From assembly GCF_016433145.1 (NCBI RefSeq), contig NC_058131.1, positions 648,134,729-648,198,728 of the forward strand: a stretch of DNA of 64,000 nucleotides, written 5' to 3'. A program made the position numbers and the translations under genes. Shown piece by piece: positions 37,201-47,500 of the stretch (the first letter of the stretch is position 1; every line of letters begins with the position of its first letter). The stretch comes from Gracilinanus agilis (taxonomy: Eukaryota). Under the pieces are notes generated by a model that had not been told where the DNA came from, made no database searches, and was given only the letters and a program-made list of their open reading frames with translations.

Positions 37201-40200
37201 TACTGCTCTTTCCCTGACTCATTCTTCAAATATGATCTTTGAAATTCATTATAAGAACTCTGAGATTTTATAAGTTATCTATAAATAAGTAAAAAATCAT
37301 AACCTTGTCTTTTTCAGTAGCCCGAACATCTTCCTTCCTGTAAGAAAAAAAAAAAAAAGTTAAAACTGCTTTCTAGGGTCCTGGTAGGGGCAGAGTCAGA
37401 GCAGCAGCAGAAGTTGGGATAAGTCATTTGTTATTTAGCTGCCACCTAGAGGTACAAGATGGAAACATACCCCAGGGCTACACCTTAGTTTAAGACAGTG
37501 ATTCCCAAAGTGGGCGCCACAGACCCCTGGTGGGTGCTGCAGAGGATCTAGAGGTGCAGTGATGGCCACAGGTGCATTTGGTGCATACTAACAATTCTGG
37601 CTGCAAAAGGACATCCCTATGGCTTATCCTGAAATATGGGCTCTGATTCAAAAGTTCTTAATTGCATTTCCTTCATCTTATTTAGTGGAACATGGATTCA
37701 GCATGGTAACCAATTTATTAACAAAAAAAAGAAACCAATTGCAAATAAGTCAATTGTGGTGATTTAAGATTACTGCTGAGGATTACTAAACTGGTAGCAG
37801 CACACCAGGTTCATCCTTCTCATTAAGATGATTTCGAATGTTTTAACTTTTTTTTTATTACATTCTATTCTGAGTTCAATAAATAGTTTTCATAATTTCA
37901 AAGTTCAATGTTTCTAATTTACACCTTTCTTTACTATATTTTACAAAAAAGGTAGAAACATTAATACATATATCTTTCCTATTAATTGCTATTAAAATTA
38001 AAAAAAAATTAATTTCCAGGGGGCGCTAAGTAATATTTTTTCTGGAAAGGGGGCAGTAGGCCAAAAAAGTTTGGGAACCACTGGGTTAAGAACTCAGACC
38101 CACATAGAACAGCCAGTTCCCAGAAGGAAATTTCAGGACAGATAAGACATGGGAAGGCATAAGGAAACTTTTCAGCTCTTCCTGGAAAGAGCTGGTAGAA
38201 AATGACTGCAGAGCTATCCAATAATTATTAGGATTGGTACATACGACTGCAATTATATGCAATTTTAAGGGGAAAAGTGCCCAACACACTTAAAATCACT
38301 TCTGGTTGGGCACATATCCTAATGCTTGCCAAATTCATTCTTCAGTCAAATTTACTGCCCCACCCCAAACTTTCTCTGTGAAACTAAAGATTGTTTTGCT
38401 CTGATATATGGCACAAAAAGAAAATCGGAGAGAAAGAAAGGCAGGGATATGGTATCGGTAGATCTATAATGTTTTGTTCAAAATCTAAGACTGTTTTGAG
38501 ACAATAAAGGAAATTTAAAGGCTTCTTACCTGATAGTTCCTCTAAAAGAGTTCTTGAGAGGTGTGGATCCCACATATAAGATATGAACTTTGGCAAATCG
38601 AGAATTAATGCTGGAGACCTGTGCCACAGAGAAGATAAAGGGTGTTTCCAAAATATTAGCAACTACCAATCCTGCTGATAAATGGCAGAATCTTAAATTA
38701 GGAGTTAAGAGAAATAGGTGTTACTCAGCTATCCTACTAACTAGGTGGGTTACTTGGGCAAGTCACTTAAATTTGTTTGTTTTCTCAATAACTTGGGGAA
38801 AGTAATATCTATCCTATCTCAGACTAGTGAATGAAATAACATGAAAGCATACTGAAAAGCATAAAAGCATTATACAAGTATAAAGCATTTCAGCAAGTTT
38901 GGATCCTTGAACAATTGATGGATCTTTTGGGACCTTAAAGAATCAACAAGGCAGATACAAAATTCTCTAAAATGCTATTTTTTCATTTATAAAATTAAAA
39001 TTATGATATTTATACTATCACTAGGTTGTTGTGAAGATTAGAATGAGATTGTATTGAAAACATTTTGTAAACTGTAAAATGTTATTTAGGATGTCCTAAA
39101 AGTCTTAGTTTTAAGTTATTAAAGTTTAGATACAAGATACCCCTTTTGGAATACCCTGTATAAATGTGAATTACTACCATGTTTTTCAGTCTAGCTCAAT
39201 ATTACAACCCACGCATTCATTCATTCTCTCTCTCTTTCTTTTTAAACCCTTACCTTCTGTCTTAGAATCAATACTGTGTATAGGGCTAGGCAATGGGGAG
39301 GTTAAATGACTTGTCTAGGATCACATAGCTAAGGAGTGTCTGAGTCCAGATTTGAAACCAGGACCTCCCATCTCTAGGCTTGGTTCTCAATCCACTGAGC
39401 CACCCAGCTGCCCTCATGCTGGGGTTATTTCTGAAGATCCTTAATGTTACTCTACCCTTCAACATAGACAAAGTTGAATTGTTATAGGGAGATAGAGTAA
39501 TTAATTTGCATATTCTTTCCTTAAAACTTCCCAATGTGATTTGAAACTTCCCCAAAAGTCAAAACAGTAAGGTTTTGTTTGTTTGTTTGTTTTTTGCTTT
39601 TCCAAAGAATAAACCTCCAGTTCATTGCGTTCAAAACGGGGAATTCTGAGTTGAAGAATGACATTTCTTGTAAAAACAGAAAAAACTTGTTTATACTTAA
39701 AAAGGTAACACAAGTCAGAACTACCTACCTGCCCGATGATTACAGCCCTGACCACTACCTCCAGTAGGTAAGAAAGGATGGAAAACTCCCGATTTCGGGC
39801 ATTTGGGAGCCTGGGAGGGTGGCTGGCATCACTTACCTTACAGGTTACGATCGTTCCCACATCTGGAAGCAGCTGGGACTCGGTCTCTCTCGTCACTGAC
39901 ACCACTGGAAGCTGCAGAGGAGATGAAGAATGGGTTCATGAACTCTGCTCAGCACCGGGTCAAAGAGGCTGAGGCTCGCGGGCCACAGGGCGGATTCTTT
40001 GTGGAGGCCTGGGTAGGTCTGCGGGGTTCCCTGCGCGGGCAGCTCTGCGGCACCCATCTAAGGGCTGGGGCTGGGCCTCACCTCGCCGTTGTCGCTCGTC
40101 TTCACCAGACAGCCAGAGAGCGAGGAAAAGATGTAGCCGTGCCGAGTGTAGGTGCCGCTGCCGGGGCTGGCTTCCTCCACGTTACACAGTCGCTCGCCTA

Positions 40201-40357
40201 CGGTGGACAAACGCAGTGTACTATCCCTCCCGCCAGGCCCCCAAACCCACAGGGCCACCCTGGACAGCAAGGCCATCCGGGGCAGGACTACAGGGTCCGG
40301 CCTCCCTTCCCTGGTTCCTCACTCACCTGGGACGCAGTACCTCAACGGCGGCGCCAT
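34185..40357 (-). CDS. EXOSC1: Exosome component 1 (Csl4), complete spliced CDS (195 aa)
   Basis: complement(join(34185..34291,34752..34836,35895..35945,37304..37337,38530..38618,39837..39911,40082..40197,40327..40357)); 588 nt; MAPPLRYCVPGERLCN...ARVQPEFLQT. Confidence 0.97.
34500..34712 (+). mobile_element. SINE1-like element (EXOSC1 intron 7)
   Basis: Full-length match to the other copies. Confidence 0.88.
34752..34836 (-). CDS. EXOSC1: EXOSC1 exon 7
   Basis: ISLGDAQSNYLLTTAENELGVVVAHSES. Confidence 0.96.
34837..35894 (-). other. EXOSC1: U12-type (minor spliceosome) GT-AG intron, EXOSC1 intron 6
   Basis: 5' site GTATCCTT (35894-35887); branch site TTCCTTAAC (34860-34852) close to the AG; no long polypyrimidine tract. 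Confidence 0.92.
35572..35765 (+). mobile_element. SINE1-like element inside the EXOSC1 U12 intron
   Basis: Matches the other copies. Confidence 0.8.
35895..35945 (-). CDS. EXOSC1: EXOSC1 exon 6
   Basis: VEIYKSFRPGDIVLAKV, followed by U12-type donor GTATCCTT. Confidence 0.96.
35955..36600 (-). mobile_element. L2 fragment, approximate
   Basis: Inverted L2 terminus AATTTATTAAATGCCTTCTATGTG. Confidence 0.6.
37304..37337 (-). CDS. EXOSC1: EXOSC1 exon 5
   Basis: KEDVRATEKDK, 34 nt. Confidence 0.94.
37496..38083 (+). mobile_element. Internally deleted hAT (Charlie/Buster-like) transposon with transposase C-terminal remnant
   Basis: TIRs CAGTGATTCCCAAAGT / rc CAGTGGTTCCCAAACT; 8-bp TSD GTTTAAGA/GGTTAAGA; 37595-37826 encodes FWLQKD..AFPSSYLVEHGFSMVTNLLTKKRNQL..HQVHPSH with frameshifts. 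Confidence 0.92.
38530..38618 (-). CDS. EXOSC1: EXOSC1 exon 4
   Basis: VSSINSRFAKVHILYVGSTPLKNSFRGTI. Confidence 0.96.
39087..39160. mobile_element. Short palindromic Tc1/mariner-type MITE remnant
   Basis: AGGATGTCCTAAAAG ... CTTTTGGAATACCCTGTA imperfect TIRs. Confidence 0.45.
39240..39414 (-). mobile_element. SINE1-like element
   Basis: Matches the other copies. Confidence 0.85.
39837..39911 (-). CDS. EXOSC1: EXOSC1 exon 3
   Basis: LPVVSVTRETESQLLPDVGTIVTCK, donor GTAAGT. Confidence 0.96.
40082..40197 (-). CDS. EXOSC1: EXOSC1 exon 2
   Basis: ERLCNVEEASPGSGTYTRHGYIFSSLSGCLVKTSDNGE. Confidence 0.96.
40327..40357 (-). CDS. EXOSC1: EXOSC1 exon 1
   Basis: MAPPLRYCVP, donor G|GTGAGT. Confidence 0.93.
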
Positions 40358-40559
40358 AACCAAGACTTCACAGCAGCCATAGCAGGAAGCCGATCATAAA
40401 TCCATTGGTCTAATCAAGGAGAGAGGACCTTAGTAACAGAACTGCCAATTGGCTGGCGCACCACGTGGCTTCTCCGGAGCCTCCCCCTAGAACTTCAGCT
40501 CCCAGGGTGCCTGGAAGAAGAAAAAGGGGGCGGGCGCCAGACTTCCCACGCTTGCGCCG

Positions 40560-40716
40560 TAGGGGAGGCTGGAGTGGTAGCGGTTCTGCCGCCGCTGCCG
40601 GTGCGGTTTGGGGATGGTGGGTTGGGCTGTTCGGGGCGGGGGTCGGCTTCGGCGGAGGCTGCAGTGAGCCGTGGAGGCTTCGGGGCTTGACTGATTCGTT
40701 GCCCGGTAGGCAGGAG
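40560..40716 (+). other. ZDHHC16: ZDHHC16 non-coding first exon (5' end approximate)
   Basis: GC-rich segment ending in strong donor GAG|GTAAGG at 40716/40717; first coding exon has an acceptor at 44259 only 6 nt before the ATG, so an upstream exon is required. Confidence 0.65.
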
Positions 40717-41632
40717 GTAAGGGAGCCTCCGGGGCCCCAACCTCTTCCCCCACCTCTTTCTTTTCCCTCTAGCCCTCGGGCCCCCAGCCGCGGGGGGCGT
40801 GGAAATACGGGGCGCGAGCTGGATCAGTGGGCGCCCTCCCACACACACCTCAAGCCTCCTGGACGCTGGGGCTTCATCCTTTGGGGACAGCTCCTATGCC
40901 CTGGGGAGGGGCATGTGTGTAATGAGAGGGGGGGAACTCATCCGTTCATCCTCACCCCCTTTTCTGGGTTCTGATGGAAACCGCTTTAAATTACCTGTTT
41001 CCTCACCTGGCCGATGGATTGGCTGCAGCTGACGGAGGCGACGTAAATCCTCTGCCCCTGTGCTTGGTGAAACGTTAAGACTTGGCCCGGCGTGGCCTCC
41101 CGGTTTGCTCTTCGTCACCTCTGTCTATCCCAAGACCCTCAAGAAAGTTTTGCCCATGGTCAGGGGCTGCCCTTTCTGTTGCCCTGTCACCTTCAGCGCT
41201 CCACAGTGATTTGAAAGGAGAGCACAGCATACTAAGACATTCTTTACCCAATGAATTACCCTTATTCACGGTCAGATGTTGAAGTAGCATGGCATTTCCA
41301 GATGGTCTCTCTCGAGTGGTAGCCCTAGAACAGATGGGTGGGCAGCACTTCCCTCCTGCCTGCCCCTTTCTTTTTCCTAAGGGGAAACCTATCCAGCGCA
41401 TGTAAAGAGAGTGGGAAAATTAGATGGAGAATGACAAGTTTAGGGCCTGAGAGAGGACTGTTCTGTGGGTAGAAATTAGAAAATGATTGAAGAGATGACT
41501 TTTTTGGGTTTACAGTTTGTGGAGGAGGGCTTCTGGTTACCTTAATATTAGAAGAATGGAGAGTTTTAGGGTAGTACTTGCGTTTATTCTGGTCAAGAAA
41601 GGTCACTAGTGTTATTTTTAAAAATTGATTTT

Positions 41633-41822
41633 TGGGACAGGGAGGTAGCTCAGTGGATTAAGAGCCAGGTCCTGGGTTCAAATGTGACTTCAGACACTTC
41701 CTAGCTGTGTGACCTTGGGCAAGTAACTTAACCCCACTATCTAGCCCTTAACCATTCTTCTATCTTGGAACCATTACACAGTATTGATAATGAGAGGGAA
41801 GGTAAGGGTTTAAAGAAAAAAG
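41633..41822 (+). mobile_element. SINE1-like element
   Basis: Matches the other copies. Confidence 0.85.
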
Positions 41823-44264
41823 TAATTTTAAACATTTTGGGCCATTTGTTATTATATGTTCCAATGAAAAAGAGCAGTAATGGGGTATCCAAAATAGCAT
41901 TTAACAATTTTGCTCAGTTTTGAAATGCAAGGTTTTTGCACTTGAATATATGCTTGGCTGTTTTTCTAAAAACTTACTTTAAACGAAGTGACAATTCAGT
42001 AAGCTAGTAAGTAAGTCTTTATTAAGTTCTTATCCTGGGCCAATTACTGACCTGTTATGGAGATACAGAGCAAGAATATTGTTCTTGTTCTCAAGGATTT
42101 CATGTTCTAATGCAGGAGCCATTTAAAAAACAAGGTGCCCGTAAGATTTAAACAGAGTAGATAGAAGGAAAATACGAGAAGGAAGGTAGTAATAGGAGTA
42201 GGGGGACCAGGAAAAGCCTCTAGCAGAAGATAGGATTTGAGCTGAGTCTTGAAAGAGCTTCAGAGTTCCTACATTCTCTGTCCTTTGGCATTTTATTCCT
42301 GACTGCCCTGGTGGCAGGGGATTGGAGAGCTTCCCGAGCCATGCTGCTGATAGACAGCATTGCTTCTGACTTCTTTGAGATGCTGGTCAGAGCAGTAATA
42401 TTATCTCTCTCTCCCAGTTCATTGTCTGGCTTAAATTTTCCTTGGGCAGGTATAGGAACGGAAGATGGAACATTTGTGTTCAAAGGCTTTTTTCTTGGGT
42501 GGGAGGAAGGGATGCTGATCCAGTTACTGAACTGAAACCATGCCTAGATGTGTATTGACCTCCTCCAGTTTCATTTGGGTTTCAGGCTTCATACTAAATA
42601 AATAAGTCAACAGGAGCTGTGAACAAAGCAGAACCATCCTGCCTCCCACATGACAAATCAGATAATTTACTCTGTGATAATAGAGAGGCAACTTTATTCA
42701 CAAAATTGGTGTAAAGACAGAGGTCTTTAGTTGAAAACACTGGTTAAGCATCCTTCCCCCTTTCATTGCTATTTGTTATTCCATAGCCAGAGAGAAGGAA
42801 GACATTTGAAGATATTAAAGAAATTGGAGTACTGCGGTGATAAGCTAGGAAGCAGACCTATGAGGAGCAATCAGTCACTGTAGAGAAAGTATTTCTGCTT
42901 GGGACAAAAAGAGAAAAGAATCATTAGGTTAACTTGAACTATTGCAGGAAAGGACACAACTTCATAGGTCATATTTTCTCTAGGAGGATCTGAGCTTAAG
43001 GAATAGGACACAGGCAACCTTTAAATACATTACATCCATAGTATATGTCACTTCCAGCTTGGAAGTGGAGTCATTTTGCTACTCATATCTTGGTGGTATT
43101 TTAGTCTCTGAATAGGGGGATTAGAAGAGGCAACAACGAATACAGAAGCAGTGGAAAGAATACAGTACTTGGAATCATAAGACCTGGACTTGAAGTCAGG
43201 TTATGCTACTTGCTAGCTATGGTGTCCTTGAGGAAGTCCTTTAAGTCTCTCTGAGACTGTTTCCTCATCTGTATAATGGGGACAGTAACACTTGTTTTGC
43301 CTACCTCATAGGGATGTTTTTTAAGGATAAATTGAGATAACATACTTTGTAACCACAAAGTGCTATTTGAGTTATGACATCATATGATGGTTGGAACTGT
43401 CCAAATGAGGAGACTAGAAGTTGCTACACTTGGGAATTTCATGCTGCCAGCCTGAGGTCTCTGATCTGTAACAGCAATCCTGAAGATGAGAACTGATAGC
43501 TTTCTCCAGGGATATAGATGGCATCAAAGATCTAGGAATACAACCCACTCCAGAAAGGTTTCACATCTTTATGTGGCTAGTTTTAGCTAAAAGGGCTGGC
43601 TGTCCAGAGGTGGAAAACATTAGAAGCGTGAGGTGAATGGGAGAAGGTGGGCAAGAGAGTGAGATCACGGGCAGCTTCCCCAACAGCTCTACCATTGCTG
43701 AAGTCAAGAACAGGCCTCTTCTCATTCTCTTCTTTCAGTGGTAATGCACTTGAGTGGGCTTTTTTGAGGTTGATGTTATTATTGCTCTATTTGTTTAAAG
43801 TTCCTCTGCTCTCTTGGTTCCTATTCTACAGAGAAATTCAGGGTGAACTTTTGCTTAAGGCTGGTCAATTCTCTTCTGGCCTTCTTGATGCAAAAGACTT
43901 GAGTAAGCACTGTAAAAGAACACTGGATTTAGATGTGATACGGATTCAAATCCTAACTTAGATGTGATTCTGGTCAAACTACTTCATCTCTGAGGCTACC
44001 AGGAAAATAGGGATAATACTCACACTGCCTATCTCACATTTACGAAGGTTATAATTTTAATGCTATTTGTTAGAGATGTATGTATTTCTAATTAAGTTTG
44101 ATTGTTCAGACTTAAAACCTTGGGACTATTATCTTGTAGTGGTTTAGATAGTTAAGTCATCAGGGCAGGCTGAGTGGGATCCAAGAGAACTTAGGCTTCT
44201 TTGCTTGTTTAGTGGGATGAAGGGGTTTGGGGCTGACTGGCTATTTTTCTTGCTATAGGAGGCC

Positions 44265-44507
44265 ATGCGAAGCCGCCGTTCCCTGTTGCTGGGGCCAGCA
44301 CGCCTAGGCTTGCGTTTGCTTCTCCTCCTGGGCTATAGACGCCGATGCCCACCATTACTTCGGAACCTTGTACTTCGTTGGCGCTATGGAAAAGTTTGTA
44401 TGCGTTCTCTACTCTACAACTCTTTTGGGGGCAGCGACACTGTCATCGACTCTGCATTTGAGCCTGTGTACTGGCTTGTTGACAATGTGATCCGCTGGTT
44501 TGGTGTG
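44265..44507 (+). CDS. ZDHHC16: ZDHHC16 coding exon 1
   Basis: MRSRRSLLLGPARL...DNVIRWFGV, donor GTGAGT. Confidence 0.96.
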
Positions 44508-47500
44508 GTGAGTGTCGCTTGGATCCTGTGGCTTGGGGTTAACATGACACATACCTGGGTGGAAGGATGGGGATAGATGTCTTAACTGAAGACTACAAAA
44601 GGAGCCTTTCCAAACTAGGCTTTATTTTTGTCTTCCTCTCATACCTTAGTGGTGGAGTGCTACCCTTCCATTTGCTGGGGAACAGCTAAGTGTTGATTTC
44701 TTATTGTTGACAGGTCTTTGTGGCCCTGGTGATTGTGCTGACGAGCTCCATTGTGGTTATTGCCTACCTGTGTGTCTTGCCCCTTATCCTCCATACCTAC
44801 TCCGTCCCCCGAATCTGCTGGCATTTCGTCTACAGTCACTGGAACCTCATTCTCATTGTCTTCCACTACTACCAGGCCATCACCACACCTCCTGGATATC
44901 CCCCCCAGGTAGGGCTCAGAGAAGGCATGGGACACCAGTGTGAGACTGATAAACCAGGAAATCTCAGATCCTAGCAAAAGGGGCACTAAGGTTTGGGAGC
45001 AGGATTCTTTAAGGATCCTGTTGCCATCAGTTTCTAAAAAGATCCTTTTCAGGGTCTGAAATGTTTCTGAGGCCTTTGACTCCATTCTCTTCCAATATAG
45101 GCTAAGACTGACCTTGCCACTGTGTCTATCTGCAAGAAGTGCATTTATCCCAAACCAGCACGGACACACCACTGCAGCATCTGTAACAGGTTGGTCCCTA
45201 GCGCTTCTCTCCTATCTCCTTGGCTTTCTGTGGCCAGTTATAGGCAAGCAAATACAATCTCTAAAAAATGTCAACCTTTGTTGAACATAGTTGGAAAATA
45301 GCCTCTCAGTATTTTGGTCTATAGTAATGTGAAGGCCTGTTCCTCCTTACAGGTGTGTGCTAAAAATGGATCATCACTGCCGTATCCTTTTACCAAGACT
45401 CCACGAATCTGGCATTGCCCACACTGTTCTAACATTTTGATTCTGCCTCGCAAGCAACAGAAGCTTTCCCAACCCCTTTCCCATATAATACCAATGTGTT
45501 TTAAGTCTTAGAAGAAAACACAGGGAAGATTAAATGGCTCTTTCTAGAGAATGTGGCCTTTTACTAGGACAAACAACAGGTTTGGAGGCTTTGGGTAGCT
45601 CTGTAAAATTTGATCTTGTAGGAGGAAAAAAGGTTTGGAAGCCAATTTATTTCCTTGAGAACAGAAACGAATAAAGAAGTAGACAGGTCTTGGTAGAAAG
45701 TTCAGTTGCAGAAACAGGGATGTAGGTGAGAAAATATGAAGTAAGGGTCTTGCTTTGGCTTGCTAAAACTCTTCCCTTCTTGCCATTGGTGCTCAGTAAT
45801 GTTCCTCCTCAAAGTTCTAGGCTGTATCCACATTAAGTTGAATTGCAGGCACAGCTTGCCATTTCCTAGAGATCTCAATTCCCAACAGGTCATAATGGAC
45901 CTACTGGAGCTTTTGGAGGCTTGAAGCGTTGTCCCACCCACTTAGCATGTGGTTCCAGCAAGCATCATCATTAAGAGATTGGCCTTCAGAATTTAGCCTT
46001 TTGTTCTGTGAGCGTGGCACAAGCAGGCCTAGAGTGCTAGGGAGTGGCATCCTCTGTTCTCCCCTGCCTGGCTGGTTGGTCAGCTCTCCCTGCCCTGGGC
46101 ACCCTCTGGAGGCTGCTGGCTAGGCTGATCCTTAAGTCCTTACCCCCAGCTTGGTTGAACAACTGTGTGGGCCACTACAACCACCGGTACTTCTTCTCCT
46201 TCTGCTTCTTCATGACCTTGGGCTGTGTGTACTGCAGCTTTGGCAGCTGGGACATGTTCCGGGAAGCTTATGCTGCCCTTGAGGTGAGCAAAGAGGGTTG
46301 AGGGGACTGAGTGGAGGAGCCTTAGAGCAGGGTGACAGTGGTACAGGAGACGTCTACCCTGTGGAGTAGGGCTGGCAAAGCGCCCATCCTAAGGCCAGAG
46401 AGTATAACCGGTCCTATTTTCCATCCCCATAGAAAATGAAACAGCTCGACAGGAACAAACTACAGGTGGCTGCCAATCAGGTGGGCCAAACCACTCACTG
46501 CCTCCTGCTGCTCAGGCCTGGGGTGATAGGTGTGGAGAGATCGCCCTGGCCTTCCTAGCTCTGGGGCCTTTGGAGGCTGTAGAGTGGTGTGCTGTGGGTG
46601 GCTGTCTGCACTGGGCAGCAGTGGGCACTGGGGCTGTAGTCCTTGGGAGCAGTGCCAGGCCTAGATAAATAACTTTTTGGCAGAATAATGGCTTCAAATC
46701 ACTTTCCTAACAACTATCCAGCCCTATTACTTCTTCCTTCAAACTGAAAAGGCTCTACTTAGGTGCTGGCCTGAGCAGCATGGAGTCTTTGTTGGTCTGT
46801 GTAATGGGGTTCCAGGGTCCGGAGACAGAAAACAAGGTTAATTTGGTCTTTTAGCACTGGCAAAGGCTGTAGCCTTATAAGGAAATCTCCCTTCGTTATT
46901 CTACTCCCCTGCACCAACCCCTCACCAGTTTTTAATTCTTAACATATACTCCTTTATGGCCAATTTCTTTAATTCTCATGCCTCGTCATGATATTTTAAT
47001 CTCCCTTGAAATTTGTTTTTAAAGTGCTTTCCCCACCCTAGTCAGCCAGGTAGGATATGGATCTTATCGACTCTTGGGGAAGTATTTGTGTAGTGCAAGA
47101 ATCACACCGGGAAGGAGGGCATGAAAACGCTTCCCCTGGAGCCTCATCTCTGTTGTCTAAACCTTACTGGCTGAGCCCAACCCTTACCCCTGTGCTTTGC
47201 CGTCTTGTTTAGATCTGCTCTGGCCAGTGTTTTGTCCATGTGATAATGTTGCTGGCCTCTGTCTGCCTATCTGGCTGCTTTCTCAACTCATCTCTAGCCT
47301 TATTTCTGTCTTTTTCTGACCTAAAACCTGGACCAATGCCATATCTGTCGATGCTGGGGCCTCTGCTGGCAACAGCATTGGGCTAATGGGACAGACACTC
47401 AGGTCGTTTGTTTGTTTCAGACATATCACCAGACCCCACCACCTGCCTTCTCCTTCCGGGAAAGGATGACTCACAAAAGCCTGGTGTACCTATGGTTCCT

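Larger units (their letters stand above)
39950..40870. promoter_or_regulatory. EXOSC1/ZDHHC16 bidirectional CpG-island promoter
   Basis: CpG-rich; ATTGG 40404-40408; palindromic CCAATTGG 40445-40452; E-box CCACGTGG 40461-40468; ETS-like GGAAG/CTTCC; EXOSC1 ATG at 40357 and ZDHHC16 leader-exon donor at 40716. Confidence 0.88.

Noticed and set aside
39803-40974. Long ORFs (198, 169, 117 aa) across the EXOSC1/ZDHHC16 promoter
   Set aside because: GC-rich CpG-island sequence and antisense frames of EXOSC1 exons naturally lack stops.
43739-43902. Possible extra non-coding ZDHHC16 exon (strong acceptor at 43738, donor GA|GTAAGC after 43902)
   Set aside because: Plausible, but the boundaries are ambiguous (second acceptor near 43830) and nothing in the sequence alone supports inclusion. 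RNA-seq is needed.
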